From: Patescibacteria group bacterium
GTDB lineage: Bacteria > Patescibacteriota > Patescibacteriia > 2-01-FULL-39-33
Direction: 5' to 3'
NCBI GenBank assembly: GCA_038065695.1
Contig: JBBTQN010000016.1
Span: forward strand, 11,738 to 75,737
Length of the DNA stretch: 64,000 bases
Below, piece by piece: positions 36,873 to 46,306 of this stretch; the stretch's first letter is position 1, and each line of letters opens with the position of its first letter. The position numbers and the translations under genes were made by a program. Under the pieces are notes generated by a model. It made no database searches. It was not told the DNA's origin and saw only the letters and a program-made list of their open reading frames with translations.

Positions 36873-37280
36873 TTATTTTTTGATAATAAATTTCGCCCTG
36901 ATCGGCAATTTGTAAGCGGCGAGCTCCATCGCCTCTTTGGCTTCTTTCTCGGCGATGCCATCCATCTCAAAAATGATATTGCCCGCTTTCACCGCGGCCA
37001 CATAATATTCCGGCGCGCCCTTGCCGCCGCCCATCGTGGATTGGCTGCCTTTGTTGGTAATCGGCCGATGCGGAAAAACCCGGATCCAAATCTTGCCGCC
37101 GCGCCTGATAAACCTAGCCATCGCCCGACGAGCCGCTTCCAGTTGGGAGGATTTGATCCAGCCGCCGGTCGTGGCTTTGAGCCCAAACTCGCCAAAAGCA
37201 ATGCTGTCATTGCTGGTGGCTCGGCCTTTTATATCCGGACGATGATGTTTTCTGTTTTTTAATTTTTTTGGCGCTAACAT
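36873..37280 (-). CDS. rplP: 50S ribosomal protein L16
   Basis: Reads MLAPKKLKNRKHHRP...RRGGKIWIRVFP. Confidence 0.9.
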   Translation of the reverse strand: MLAPKKLKNRKHHRPDIKGRATSNDSIAFGEFGLKATTGGWIKSSQLEAARRAMARFIRRGGKIWIRVFPHRPITNKGSQSTMGGGKGAPEYYVAAVKAGNIIFEMDGIAEKEAKEAMELAAYKLPIRAKFIIKK

Positions 37281-37294
37281 ATCTTAATAATAAT

Positions 37295-37984
37295 TTATTT
37301 TTTCTCTTTCGTATTATCAATTTCTTTACGATTGAAGACTTCGCCGCGGTAAATCCAAACTTTCACTCCGATTTTGCCGTAAATCGTCTGAGCCGCGCCG
37401 CGGCAGTAATCAATATCCGCCCTTAAAGTATGAAGGGGAATCTTGCCGGAAAAAAGCGTTTCTTCCCGGGCGATTTCCGCGCCGTTCAGCCGGCCGGCAA
37501 CGGTGATTTTGACGCCCTTGGCTCCCGCTTTTTCCACCCGGGCAATCGCCTGCTTGACCGCGCGCCTAAACGGAATGCGTTTTTCCAAATCAGCAATTAC
37601 TCCGTACATCACAATCGGCGCGTCAAGTCCCGGCTTATCCACTTCAAAAACATTAACCGTGATATTCTTAATGCCTTTCTGGCGGCTAAAAGCGTCTTTA
37701 AAAAATTTGTTGTGGATCTCTTTTTTCAGTTCCTCGGCGCCCTGCCCGCCGTGGCCGATGATAACGCCCGGCTTGCCAGCGTAGATATTGATGCTGACCG
37801 AATTGGCCGAACGCTCAATTTCCACCTTGGAGATTCCAGCCAGTTTTAATTTTTCCCTAATAAATCGGCGCGCCGAAACATCCTGTCTTAACAATTCAGG
37901 AAACTCTTGGTCGGCAAACCATTTGGAACTCCAAGTTTTATTGATTTTTAGCCGAAAAACTTTCGGATGAACTTTCTGACCCAT
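37295..37984 (-). CDS. rpsC: 30S ribosomal protein S3
   Basis: Reads MGQKVHPKVFRL, a KH domain and GAEIAR. The start is set at the Met at 37984. Confidence 0.9.
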   Translation of the reverse strand: MGQKVHPKVFRLKINKTWSSKWFADQEFPELLRQDVSARRFIREKLKLAGISKVEIERSANSVSINIYAGKPGVIIGHGGQGAEELKKEIHNKFFKDAFSRQKGIKNITVNVFEVDKPGLDAPIVMYGVIADLEKRIPFRRAVKQAIARVEKAGAKGVKITVAGRLNGAEIAREETLFSGKIPLHTLRADIDYCRGAAQTIYGKIGVKVWIYRGEVFNRKEIDNTKEKK

Positions 37985-38066
37985 AATTATAAAAATATAA
38001 AAATACAAGAATATAAAAATATTTTATTTTGAATTGTTTTTTGTTTTGTTGATTTTTTAATAACTA

Positions 38067-38600
38067 TCATCCTGATTTTCGATTAAAAAATCTTTTTGTA
38101 AATCCCTTCTTTGCCTTTTTATCTTGTCGTTCGTTTGGTTTTTTCCCTTCTTTTTTCGCTTCCGCTTTTTCTTTTACCTCAAACTCTTTCAAATCATCAA
38201 CCTTTATAATATCGTCTTTCTGATCTTCTTTTGGTTTGGCTTTTTTAATTTTCCCCGGCTCGGTTGGGACCCGCTCGGCCAAAATCAGAGAGAGATGAGA
38301 GGTGCGCTTTCGAATCGGCGTGGCTCGACCCATCGCTCTAGGCATAAAACGGTGAATCGTCGGACCGCCGTCAACTCTGATTTCCTTGATATATAAATTA
38401 CCTCTTTTCAAATTAAAATTCTCTTCGGCGTTTGAAATCGCTGACCTGATCAGCTTCTCCACTGGCCCAGTCGCTCTCTTCTTTAAAAACTTCAATTGGG
38501 TTAAGGCCTCTTCCACGTCTAAACCTTTAGTCAGATCAATGACTAATCTTACCTTCCTCGGCGACATTCTTAAAAAATTTGTTTTGGCTTTTAATTCCAT
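38067..38600 (-). CDS. rplV: 50S ribosomal protein L22 with Lys/Glu-rich C-terminal extension
   Basis: Reads KAKTNFLRMSPRKVRLVIDLTKG. Confidence 0.85.
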   Translation of the reverse strand: MELKAKTNFLRMSPRKVRLVIDLTKGLDVEEALTQLKFLKKRATGPVEKLIRSAISNAEENFNLKRGNLYIKEIRVDGGPTIHRFMPRAMGRATPIRKRTSHLSLILAERVPTEPGKIKKAKPKEDQKDDIIKVDDLKEFEVKEKAEAKKEGKKPNERQDKKAKKGFTKRFFNRKSG

Positions 38601-38618
38601 ACTGTTTTATTCGGCTGG

Positions 38619-38921
38619 TTATTTTTTCTCCGCCTCGGTCTTGGAGACGTCAATCGCTTTTTGAATCTTGCCGCCGTGCTTGACGAACTTGCGCGTCGGA
38701 GAAAATTCTCCTAGTTTATGGCCGACCATATTTTCCACCACGAAAACTTGAATAAATTCCCGGCCGTTATGAACGCCAAAAGTATAGCCTACCATTTCCG
38801 GCGTAATCGTGCAACCTCGAGACCAAGTCTTGATAACCACTTTGTCTCCCTTTTTTATTTTGGCCATTTTCTTGAGAAGTTTCTCGTCGACATAAGGGCC
38901 TTTTTTCAAACTTCTTGACAT
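38619..38921 (-). CDS. rpsS: 30S ribosomal protein S19
   Basis: Reads [18 protein letters not shown]...[17 protein letters not shown]. Confidence 0.9.
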   Translation of the reverse strand: MSRSLKKGPYVDEKLLKKMAKIKKGDKVVIKTWSRGCTITPEMVGYTFGVHNGREFIQVFVVENMVGHKLGEFSPTRKFVKHGGKIQKAIDVSKTEAEKK

Positions 38922-39020
38922 ATTATTTTAGCTTATTAGCTGGTTAGCTTATTAGCTTGTTAGGATTCTCTTTTTATTTTTCCTAAGAAGCTAATAAGCT
39001 ACAAGCTACAACCTAATTAA
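38922..39020. repeat. AT-word palindromic spacer (ttagcttattagctggttagcttattagc ... gctaataagctacaagctac)
   Basis: An inverted repeat of the word 'gcttattagc' lies between rpsS and rplB. Confidence 0.65.
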
Positions 39021-39866
39021 TTATTTTTTCTTCCTTGACGGCCGGCGAGAAAGAATGAAGCGCTGTGAATACTTTCCTTTATTTCTCGTCCTGACGCCCA
39101 AAGCCACTTTGCCCCAAGGCGTTTTGGGTGATTTAAGACCGATCGGGTTGACGCCTTCACCGCCGCCATGAGGGTGATCGACCGGGTTCATCGCTTTGCC
39201 TCTCACCGTCGGCCTGATGCCTCGATGCCGCATTCGGCCGGCCTTGCCCCAGCGGATATTTTTAAAATCAGGATTGCTCACCACGCCAATCGTCGCCAAG
39301 CAGTCTTCATTAACCAATCTCACTTCTCCCGAGGGCATTTTAAGCTGAGCCAAATGGTTGTCAAAACCCATTAAATAAATTGAATTGCCGGCGCTCCGCG
39401 CCAACTGTCCGCCTCGGCCGGGAATCAATTCCACATTATAGACAAACATGCCGGCGGGGATGAATTTTAAGGGCATCGCGTTGCCCACTTTAATATCCGT
39501 CAAATTCTTTGAGCTCTTGACCGACTCACCGACTTTCAATTCTTGAGGAGCGACCATATATCTCTTTTCGCCGTCTTGATAAAAAAGCAGAGCGATCCGC
39601 GCGTTTCGGTTTGGATCATATTCAATGGAAACGACCTTGGCCGGTATCTCAAATTTGTCTCTTTTAAAATCAATCACTCTGATTTTTTTCCGCGCTCCGC
39701 CTCCTTGATGGCGCACGGTAATCTTACCTTGGGCGTTTCGGCCCGCCATTCTCTTTTTAGACACGATCAAGCCTTTCTCGGGTTTGTGCCGAGTGATGTC
39801 TCCTCTTTCCAAAACCGAAGTTTGGCGTCTCGCCGGGCTGGTTGGTTTGTATATTTTAATTGGCAT
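39021..39866 (-). CDS. rplB: 50S ribosomal protein L2
   Basis: Reads [16 protein letters not shown]...HPHGGGEG. Confidence 0.9.
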   Translation of the reverse strand: MPIKIYKPTSPARRQTSVLERGDITRHKPEKGLIVSKKRMAGRNAQGKITVRHQGGGARKKIRVIDFKRDKFEIPAKVVSIEYDPNRNARIALLFYQDGEKRYMVAPQELKVGESVKSSKNLTDIKVGNAMPLKFIPAGMFVYNVELIPGRGGQLARSAGNSIYLMGFDNHLAQLKMPSGEVRLVNEDCLATIGVVSNPDFKNIRWGKAGRMRHRGIRPTVRGKAMNPVDHPHGGGEGVNPIGLKSPKTPWGKVALGVRTRNKGKYSQRFILSRRPSRKKK

Positions 39867-39944
39867 AATTTTATTAGCTTATGGCCCATGGCATATGGCT
39901 TACGGTATTTTATAAAAGCCATAAGCCATATGCCATATGCCGCG
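39867..39944. repeat. long hairpin spacer (gcttatggcccatggcatatggcttacgg...ccataagccatatgccatatgcc) between rplB and rplW
   Basis: An inverted repeat with a ~20-bp stem. Confidence 0.7.
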
Positions 39945-40427
39945 TTACGTGCCTTCTTGTATCTGAATCGCCTGGCCTTCAGGCAGGGTGATGATCGCTT
40001 TCTTCCAGCCCTTTCTGGTGCCAAAGCTCCGGCCCATTCTCACTTTTTTTCCGGAAAAATTTAAAATGTTAACGCTCGCGGGCTTCACGCCATAACGATT
40101 CAAAATCGCTTGGGCGATTTGAATTTTATTGGCGCCGATGTCAACGGCAAAAACATATTTATTCAAAATCCCCAAGCCCGTGCTTTTTTCCGTGATGAGC
40201 GGACGAATTAAAACGCCATGAAACTCTTTCTTCGACAAAATCTTCTCTTTCAATTCTTTGTTTGTTTTTGTCGGCTTGATGGCCGCCTTCTCTTCTTTAA
40301 TCTTCTGTTCTTTAATTTCCGGCTCCATTTTCACCTCTTCTTTTTTCGCAACTTTAACCTTCGGCTCACGCTTGGCCGCCTTCTCTTCTTTCTTGGCTGG
40401 TTTTTTAAAACTGCTAAATATTCCCAT
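39945..40427 (-). CDS. rplW: 50S ribosomal protein L23 with Lys/Glu-rich N-terminal extension
   Basis: Reads LIRPLITEKST...FAVDIGANKIQIAQAI. Confidence 0.85.
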   Translation of the reverse strand: MGIFSSFKKPAKKEEKAAKREPKVKVAKKEEVKMEPEIKEQKIKEEKAAIKPTKTNKELKEKILSKKEFHGVLIRPLITEKSTGLGILNKYVFAVDIGANKIQIAQAILNRYGVKPASVNILNFSGKKVRMGRSFGTRKGWKKAIITLPEGQAIQIQEGT

Positions 40428-40441
40428 ATAATATAGTTGCG

Positions 40442-41098
40442 TTATTTTATCTTCCGATAATGCTTCTCAATTATTTTAATCGCTTTCTCCGAGGTTAAAA
40501 TCGTGTCGTATTTCAAAACATCCAGGCAGTTCAAGCTGTCCGCCAAAATCGTGTTGGCATTCTTGAGATTCAAAGCCGCTCGGATAAAATCCCGGTCATT
40601 TTTGTCCAGAACCAACAAAAATTTCTTGCTTTTTTCCAAATCTTCAATTTTTGTCTTCAATTCTTTGAGCCAACCGCCCAAGGCCTTAGTTTTGACTTCT
40701 TTCAATTTTAATTCATTGAAAACCACCAAGGAATTTTCTTTCACTTTATCCGAAAGGCACATCGCCAGAGCCAGCTGTTTCTGCTTCTTGTTCACTTTCT
40801 CTTTGAAATTCCGGTCTTTTCTTGGGCCGAAAGTGACGCCGCCGCCAATCCATAAAGGTGAACGGATTGAGCCGTGCCGCGCTCGGCCGGTGCCTTTTTG
40901 GCGCCACGGCTTTTTGCCGCCGCCTCTCACTTCGCCCTTGGTCTTAGTGTGGGCCAAAACTTGCCTGGAGTTGGCCATTTGCGCGACCACCACCTGATGG
41001 ACGACCTCATTCTTCGGTTTGACGCCAAAAATCCGGGAACTTAATTCCATCTCTTTCATTTTCTCGCCGCTTAAATTGTAGACGGGAATCTTTATCAT
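40442..41098 (-). CDS. rplD: 50S ribosomal protein L4
   Basis: Reads QVVVAQMANSRQVLAHTKTKGEVRGGGKKPWRQKGTGRAR. Confidence 0.9.
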   Translation of the reverse strand: MIKIPVYNLSGEKMKEMELSSRIFGVKPKNEVVHQVVVAQMANSRQVLAHTKTKGEVRGGGKKPWRQKGTGRARHGSIRSPLWIGGGVTFGPRKDRNFKEKVNKKQKQLALAMCLSDKVKENSLVVFNELKLKEVKTKALGGWLKELKTKIEDLEKSKKFLLVLDKNDRDFIRAALNLKNANTILADSLNCLDVLKYDTILTSEKAIKIIEKHYRKIK

Positions 41099-41146
41099 AT
41101 CGGTAATTGGTAAATGGTAACTGGTAATTATTATTCTATTTTATTT

Positions 41147-41878
41147 TTATTTTTTTTCCTTAACCTCTTCCGACGCTTTAGTTTGGTCTTCAATTTTAAC
41201 TTCTTTTTTAATTCCTTCCACTGACGCCTCTTCTTGTTTTACTTCTTCTTTCTTTAATTCCATCTTGCCCGGTCCGTAAATCATTAGAAGTCCGTTTCTC
41301 GCTCCCGGGACCGCGCCAGAAACATATAAAATATTTTTTTCTTTATCAATCTCCACGACTTTGAGGCCGCTCACCGTTACTTGCGCGTCACCCATGTGTC
41401 CAGGCATTCTTTTGCCCTTCATCACTCTTTGCGGATCGGTATTGCCGATGGAGCCGGGCATTCTTTCCTGGTCTTTGTGGCCATGGCTGCTTTTCTGGCC
41501 GTGAAAACCGTGGCGCTTGACCACGCCCTGGAAGCCCCGCCCTTTGGAATTGCCCGTCACTTTAATTTTATCGCCGGCTTCAAAAGCCCCCACCGTAATC
41601 ACATCGCCGCGATTTAAACCGCCCATCTCATCTTCGGCGATTTCAAACTCACGCAAAGTTTTCAACTTGGGTAAATCCTTCAAGTGGCCGGCTTGCGGCT
41701 TTTTCAATTTTTTAGCCGCGCCAAAGCCGACTTGGACTGCCGTCGTGTTTTCTTTGCCCTTAGTTTTCAACTGGGTGATTACATTGGGCTCGGCCAAGAC
41801 TGCCGTGACCGGAACCACGTCGCCGTTATCCTTGAAAACCTGGGTCATTTCTAATTTTTTGCCTAGAATAAATTTCAT
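41147..41878 (-). CDS. rplC: 50S ribosomal protein L3 with C-terminal extension
   Basis: Reads GKKLEMTQVFKDNGDVVPVT...GFHGQKSSHGH. Confidence 0.9.
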   Translation of the reverse strand: MKFILGKKLEMTQVFKDNGDVVPVTAVLAEPNVITQLKTKGKENTTAVQVGFGAAKKLKKPQAGHLKDLPKLKTLREFEIAEDEMGGLNRGDVITVGAFEAGDKIKVTGNSKGRGFQGVVKRHGFHGQKSSHGHKDQERMPGSIGNTDPQRVMKGKRMPGHMGDAQVTVSGLKVVEIDKEKNILYVSGAVPGARNGLLMIYGPGKMELKKEEVKQEEASVEGIKKEVKIEDQTKASEEVKEKK

Positions 41879-42260
41879 ATTTTATATGATACCAATATAC
41901 GAATGTTTACCAATGATACGAATGTTGCTTTGGGAATAACTTAGAATGATTAGTAGCATTGGTATGATTCGTATATTAGTATCATATTTTATTTGTATAA
42001 AAAAACCTGGCCACATACCTTAAGCCAGATTCAACTTGTCGCGCCAAAAAGCACTACTTGTTAAATTCTATATCTTAATTTAGTATGTCGGTTTTCCCTT
42101 TTTAATCGATGTCGATTATGGAGGTTTTCCCCTTTTTGCTTCTATAATTACGCGGGAACTTTCTCCATTTTCTTCATTGATTATAATTCTCTACGAATTA
42201 CGAATTTTTACGAATTTACGAATATTTGTATATTCGTACCGATTCGTAATTCGTAGAAGG
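41879..42260. other. 382-bp structured spacer between rpsJ and rplC (word palindromes; terminator-like hairpin ctggcttaaggtatgtggccag + T-run on minus strand at ~42002-42040)
   Basis: Direct reading. There are no convincing ORFs, and the region contains direct repeats of ggttttccc(c)ttttt. Confidence 0.5.
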
Positions 42261-42608
42261 TTACATTTTAATCTCAATGTTGACTCCGGCCGGCAAATTT
42301 AAATTCATGAGCGCGTCCACCGTCTTACTGTCAGGATCAATGATGTCAATCAAGCGCTTGTGAACTCTCATTTCAAACTGATCTCGGCTGTCCTTATGGA
42401 CAAAAGTCGATCGGTTGACGGTATATTTTTTCTTTTCCGTCGGCAGGGGAATCGGACCGGCGACTTTGGCGCCGAATCTCTGGCAGGTCTCAATAATCTT
42501 TTTCGCCGAACTGTCAATAATCTTGTTATCGTACGCCTTGATTTTTATCCTGATCCGTTGGTGCGCCTTTTCATTAGTCGCGCTTGCCGCCGAGGTTTTA
42601 CTGGCCAT
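42261..42608 (-). CDS. rpsJ: 30S ribosomal protein S10
   Basis: Reads [24 protein letters not shown]...GPIPLPT. Confidence 0.9.
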   Translation of the reverse strand: MASKTSAASATNEKAHQRIRIKIKAYDNKIIDSSAKKIIETCQRFGAKVAGPIPLPTEKKKYTVNRSTFVHKDSRDQFEMRVHKRLIDIIDPDSKTVDALMNLNLPAGVNIEIKM

Positions 42609-42678
42609 TATTTTTTAATTAACTATTTCTTCGCTCACATAAGGGACCCCAAAAAAGGGATCCCTTATGGAAAAACTT

Positions 42679-43869
42679 TTATTTAATGATTTTAGTGACG
42701 ACACCCGCGCCCACCGTGTGTCCACCCTCTCTAATCGCGAATTTCATTTTTTCTTCCATCGCCACCGGTTTGCCCAGTTTCACTTTCAAATTATTGATGG
42801 TATCGCCCGGCATCACCATTTCCACGCCTTCGGCGAGTTCAATCTCACCGGTCACATCGGTGGTGCGGACATAAAACTGCGGCTTGTAGCCCTTGAAAAA
42901 CGGTTTGTGCCGGCCGCCTTCCTCTTTGGACAGGACATAAACTTCCGCTTCAAAATCGGTATGCGGGGTGATTGAGCCCGGCTTGGCGAGTACTTGGCCG
43001 CGCTCCACTTCTTCTTTTCTGATGCCGCGGAGCAAAATGCCGGCATTATCGCCCGCTCGGCCTTCATCTAATGACTTGTTAAACATTTCAATGCCGGTGA
43101 CCACGGTCTTTTTGGTTTCGCCCAAACCGACGATTTCCACTTCTTCATTGAGCTTGACCAGGCCTCTTTCAATCCGGCCGGTCACGACCGTGCCGCGGCC
43201 TTCAATGGAAAAAACATCTTCAATCGGCATTAAAAACGGCTGGTCAGTCGCTCTCTGCGGCTCGGGAATATAAGTATCCAAAGCTTCCATCAGTTTCATC
43301 ACCGGCTCGGCGTCCGGACCGGTCGGATCCGCCAGCGCTTTCAAAGCGCTGCCTCGGATAATCGGCGTAGCATCGCCGGGGAATTCATATTTTTTGAGTA
43401 AGTCGCGGATTTCTTCTTCCACTAAATCAATCAAAGACGGATCGTCCACTTGGTCAACTTTATTGATGAAGACCACGATATAAGGCACGCCGACTTGTCT
43501 CGCGAGCAAGATGTGCTCTCTGGTCTGGGGCATCGGGCCGTCAGTCGCGGCCACGACCAAAATCGCGCCGTCCATCTGCGCCGCGCCGGTAATCATGTTT
43601 TTAATGTAGTCAGCATGACCCGGGCAGTCCACATGCGCGTAGTGCCTTTTTTCGGTTTCATACTCCACATGAGCGGTCGCGATCGTTATACCGCGCGCTT
43701 TTTCTTCCGGCGCCGCGTCAATCTGGTCAACTGACTTATCCTGCGCTCTAAACCCTTTAGCTCTTAAAATCTTTAGGATCGCCGCCGTCAAAGTCGTTTT
43801 GCCATGGTCCACATGGCCGATGGTGCCCACATTGATATGGGGCTTGCTTCGGTCAAATTGTTCTGCCAT
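42679..43869 (-). CDS. tuf: elongation factor Tu
   Basis: Reads [23 protein letters not shown]...DCPGHADY...NKVD. Confidence 0.95.
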   Translation of the reverse strand: MAEQFDRSKPHINVGTIGHVDHGKTTLTAAILKILRAKGFRAQDKSVDQIDAAPEEKARGITIATAHVEYETEKRHYAHVDCPGHADYIKNMITGAAQMDGAILVVAATDGPMPQTREHILLARQVGVPYIVVFINKVDQVDDPSLIDLVEEEIRDLLKKYEFPGDATPIIRGSALKALADPTGPDAEPVMKLMEALDTYIPEPQRATDQPFLMPIEDVFSIEGRGTVVTGRIERGLVKLNEEVEIVGLGETKKTVVTGIEMFNKSLDEGRAGDNAGILLRGIRKEEVERGQVLAKPGSITPHTDFEAEVYVLSKEEGGRHKPFFKGYKPQFYVRTTDVTGEIELAEGVEMVMPGDTINNLKVKLGKPVAMEEKMKFAIREGGHTVGAGVVTKIIK

Positions 43870-44060
43870 TTTTTTAAACCTTTGGTTGAGGCCCCCGCCA
43901 AAGGCGGGTTTTATCCAGACCTCACTCTTTATTTATAAAAACACAAGAATATAAGAAAAAATATAAAAACACAGAAACCCAAATATTTTTATGTTTTTGT
44001 GTTTTATATCTTTATAATTATAGCATATTTTAAATATTTAGCAAGAGCAGTTATCCCTAA

Positions 44061-44459
44061 TTATTCCACCGTCTCAAAATAAAGCGGGTCTTCCTCGTTT
44101 TTTTCCTTATTTTGGCTAAAATCTTCGGAAGATATTGGGTTTTCCGGCTCGGCCGGCGAGCCAAAATCCGACCCGGCTCCCTCTGTCCAATCTGGCTTAT
44201 TACGACCATTTTCCGTTAAATCAGCCGGAAAATCAGCTTGGCCAAAGGGCAAATCTTGGTCTTTATCCTCCCACCAATTACGCCAATCATCGTCGTTACG
44301 GCCAATTTCAGCCAAAAAATCATCAGGGGAAAAGTCATCGTCAGAAACCATTTTTTCATAATCGGAAAAAGGCATAATCACAAAACTCGGCTCGCCATTT
44401 TCATCCAAAATAATGGCTTTATCGCCGGTTTTTTTAATGAGAGAGAAAAGTTTTTTCAT
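44061..44459 (-). CDS. hypothetical acidic protein; N-terminus resembles Phd/YefM antitoxin fold
   Basis: Reads KAIILDENGEPSFVIMPFSDYEKMV, followed by a D/E/W-rich tail. Confidence 0.35.
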   Translation of the reverse strand: MKKLFSLIKKTGDKAIILDENGEPSFVIMPFSDYEKMVSDDDFSPDDFLAEIGRNDDDWRNWWEDKDQDLPFGQADFPADLTENGRNKPDWTEGAGSDFGSPAEPENPISSEDFSQNKEKNEEDPLYFETVE

Positions 44460-44514
44460 AGGATTTTAGGTTACCCACGAATCTACAAATCTTGCTACGA
44501 ATTTACAAATCGAT

Positions 44515-44612
44515 TTCCCCTCCTTTCTAAGGAGGGGTTAGGGGAGGTTATGAAAGTCACGAAAATTGGCGTGAGTTTCAAAACCCCTCCTAACCTCCCC
44601 TTTGAAAGGGGA
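44515..44612. repeat. GGGGAGG-family composite palindromic element (hairpin-arm-hairpin-arm-hairpin)
   Basis: The sequence is cccctcctttctaaggagggg-ttaggggagg-ttatgaaagtcacgaaaattggcgtgagtttcaaaa-cccctcctaa-cctcccctttgaaaggggagg. Confidence 0.85.
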
Positions 44613-44720
44613 GGAATTTAACGAATATTCGTAAATTCGTAAAAATTCGTAATTCGTAGTTATTTTTATCTAAATTTAGCTAATTTTTATAAATAAAATA
44701 TTAATAATTTCTCTACGGGG

Positions 44721-44757
44721 TTGACTTTTTTATTAGATATGGTATAAATGGTATAAT
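44721..44757 (+). promoter_or_regulatory. sigma70-like promoter (TTGACT-16/17-TATAAA/ATAAAT; duplicated -10 ggtataaatggtataattgg)
   Basis: ttgact at 44721-44726. The downstream gene has a strong SD, aagaggag, 8 nt before its ATG at 44843. Confidence 0.55.
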
Positions 44758-44842
44758 TGGGTGTTAAGTCAGCGCTTGTTTTGATTGGCAAAATGAGCGA
44801 GCTGACTATGAAAATAGGACATTAACAAAGAGGAGAAAAAAG

Positions 44843-45232
44843 ATGATGTCACCTTCTGAACAAAAACGATTTGTTGCTGTTGCTATTCTGTGCTTACTTT
44901 TTACTGCCGTCGTTGGCGGGACAGTAGGATACCATCATGGTCTTGCGGATGGTAAAAACGCTCTACAAGAAACCGCGCCGGTGGAAACCGCTCAAAAAGA
45001 AATGACGGAAAAGATTCCTCAATTCTTCCCAATGAACCCACCAAATATGGAAGTGGTGAGTGAATGGAGCAATAAATTATCCCCCGTTCCTTTTTCTCAT
45101 GCTAATTATGGCGACAACGCCAAATCCAGATATGTGAAAATTGATGGGAGGATGGCAGTGCAGTCAGTAGAATACCAAGCGATGTCTATTGCCTTCATCC
45201 CGCCGGATTGCGGCGAAAGCGAAGGACAGTGA
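44843..45232 (+). CDS. hypothetical membrane-anchored protein (foreign composition, strong SD)
   Basis: An N-terminal TM segment (FVAVAILCLLFTAVVGG). GC is higher than in the host genes. Confidence 0.5.
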   Translation: MMSPSEQKRFVAVAILCLLFTAVVGGTVGYHHGLADGKNALQETAPVETAQKEMTEKIPQFFPMNPPNMEVVSEWSNKLSPVPFSHANYGDNAKSRYVKIDGRMAVQSVEYQAMSIAFIPPDCGESEGQ

Positions 45233-45268
45233 ACGGAAAACGGAAAAACAGGAAAGGAGAAAAAACAA

Positions 45269-45451
45269 ATGGACAAATCACTCACAGAGATGGAGTGCGT
45301 GGAAGAAATCGGTTTTGACGATCTCCAACAGAGATTGGAAAAACTGGTTAATCTTTTGAAAGAGCGTGAAACGGGATGTTTCACTTGGCACGAGATGCTC
45401 AACGAGCAGTTGAAAAAGCTCCACGGTCTTCTGTGTCCGCTCTTTTCTTAA
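45269..45451 (+). CDS. hypothetical small protein (strong SD ggaaaggag)
   Basis: ORF only. Confidence 0.4.
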   Translation: MDKSLTEMECVEEIGFDDLQQRLEKLVNLLKERETGCFTWHEMLNEQLKKLHGLLCPLFS

Positions 45452-45485
45452 GTAGCACCTTCCCTTGTAAAACACAATCAACATC

Positions 45486-45532
45486 CGACCCGCCTTGAGA
45501 CAAAGCTGTCTCTCGGCCGGGTCTTTTTTTTG
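45486..45532 (+). terminator. rho-independent terminator (gacccgcc...ggccgggtc + T8)
   Basis: A hairpin followed by tttttttt at 45524-45531. Confidence 0.7.
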
Positions 45533-45567
45533 TTTTGAAAAGAACATTCTTGTCTTCGATGTTCCGT

Positions 45568-45630
45568 TGTAGAGACGGATTGCATCCGTCTCCGACGCCC
45601 AATTGAGACGCATGGCAATGCGTCTCTACA
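45568..45630. repeat. nested hairpins of the gtagagacgc family (tgtagagacggattgcatccgtctcc...gagacgcatggcaatgcgtctctaca)
   Basis: Perfect stems. The inner loop 'catggcaatg' is the reverse complement of the loop at 27728-27755. Confidence 0.8.
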
Positions 45631-45739
45631 TTTTCATCTTATAATATTTATAAAATAGTGGCAAGATATTGAAAACAACCCCGCAAATGCAGGGTTGCCT
45701 TTGGTAGTAAAAATTATTTCAAATTCATGATTTATTCGC

Positions 45740-46018
45740 TTAAAATAAATCATCATGCGATCCGGTAGCCACTAATTCCAAAACCAAAATGTCATGCCGG
45801 TAGCGATAGATTAAAAGCCAATCAGGCGCAATATGACATTCCCAGCAATCCTTAAAATTGCCGACTAATTTATGATTGCAATTTTTATCCGGAACATCTT
45901 TTCTTTCAATCAATAAGCTAATAATTGCTTTCAAATTATTAAATAAATCAGGATCTGATTTTTTTAATTTACGATATTGCCGCTTGAATTTGTTTGTATA
46001 CCAGATTGAATAAGCCAT
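45740..46018 (-). CDS. yafQ: type II toxin YafQ/RelE family mRNA interferase
   Basis: Reads KFKRQYRKL...HKLVGNFKDCWECHIAPDWLLIYRYRHDILVLELVATGSHDDLF. Confidence 0.8.
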   Translation of the reverse strand: MAYSIWYTNKFKRQYRKLKKSDPDLFNNLKAIISLLIERKDVPDKNCNHKLVGNFKDCWECHIAPDWLLIYRYRHDILVLELVATGSHDDLF

Positions 46019-46021
46019 AAA

Positions 46022-46306
46022 CTAGGATAAGAGCTGTTTTTCTAATTCCTTTAAACTCCTTGCCGGCTTACGACGACCGGATTTGTAAGCTGCCTCCATT
46101 GCAGCAATTTCGGCTAAAATCTTTTTTTCTTGTTCTGGCGTAAAACCATTTTCGGTCGTTAGTAAAAAGGGCACGCCCTGATCGCGAACCACTTTGGCCA
46201 AATAAATCTTGATCCCTGTGCTTAAATCAAGGCCCAAAGAATTAAAAATTTTCGCGGCTTGGCGCTTGATTTTTTTATCCACTCTGGCTTGGACTAATTC
46301 AGTCAT
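46022..46306 (-). CDS. dinJ: type II antitoxin DinJ/RelB family
   Basis: Reads ARVDKKIKRQAAKIFNSLGLDLSTGIKIYLAKVVRDQGVPFLL, 3 nt upstream of yafQ. Confidence 0.8.
   Translation of the reverse strand: MTELVQARVDKKIKRQAAKIFNSLGLDLSTGIKIYLAKVVRDQGVPFLLTTENGFTPEQEKKILAEIAAMEAAYKSGRRKPARSLKELEKQLLS

Noticed and set aside
34563-38066. Regularly recurring short AT-rich repeats (tataaaaatataaaaat, ttaaaaattaaaaatt, tctaatttctaatttctaa at 24548-24580) that superficially resemble CRISPR-like arrays
   Set aside because: The units are 7-9 bp, irregular and AT-only. There are no unique spacers of 25-40 bp, no conserved 24-48 bp repeat and no cas genes in the window. They are low-complexity word palindromes, not a CRISPR array.
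41879-42260. Looked for a small protein gene or recognisable ncRNA (S10 leader, SRP RNA, RNase P, tmRNA) in the 382-bp S10-L3 gap and other long spacers
   Set aside because: There is no ORF over 30 aa with coding character. None of the conserved SRP (GGAAGCAG...), RNase P or tmRNA boxes is recognisable by eye. Only a terminator-like hairpin and word repeats were seen, so no ncRNA call was made.
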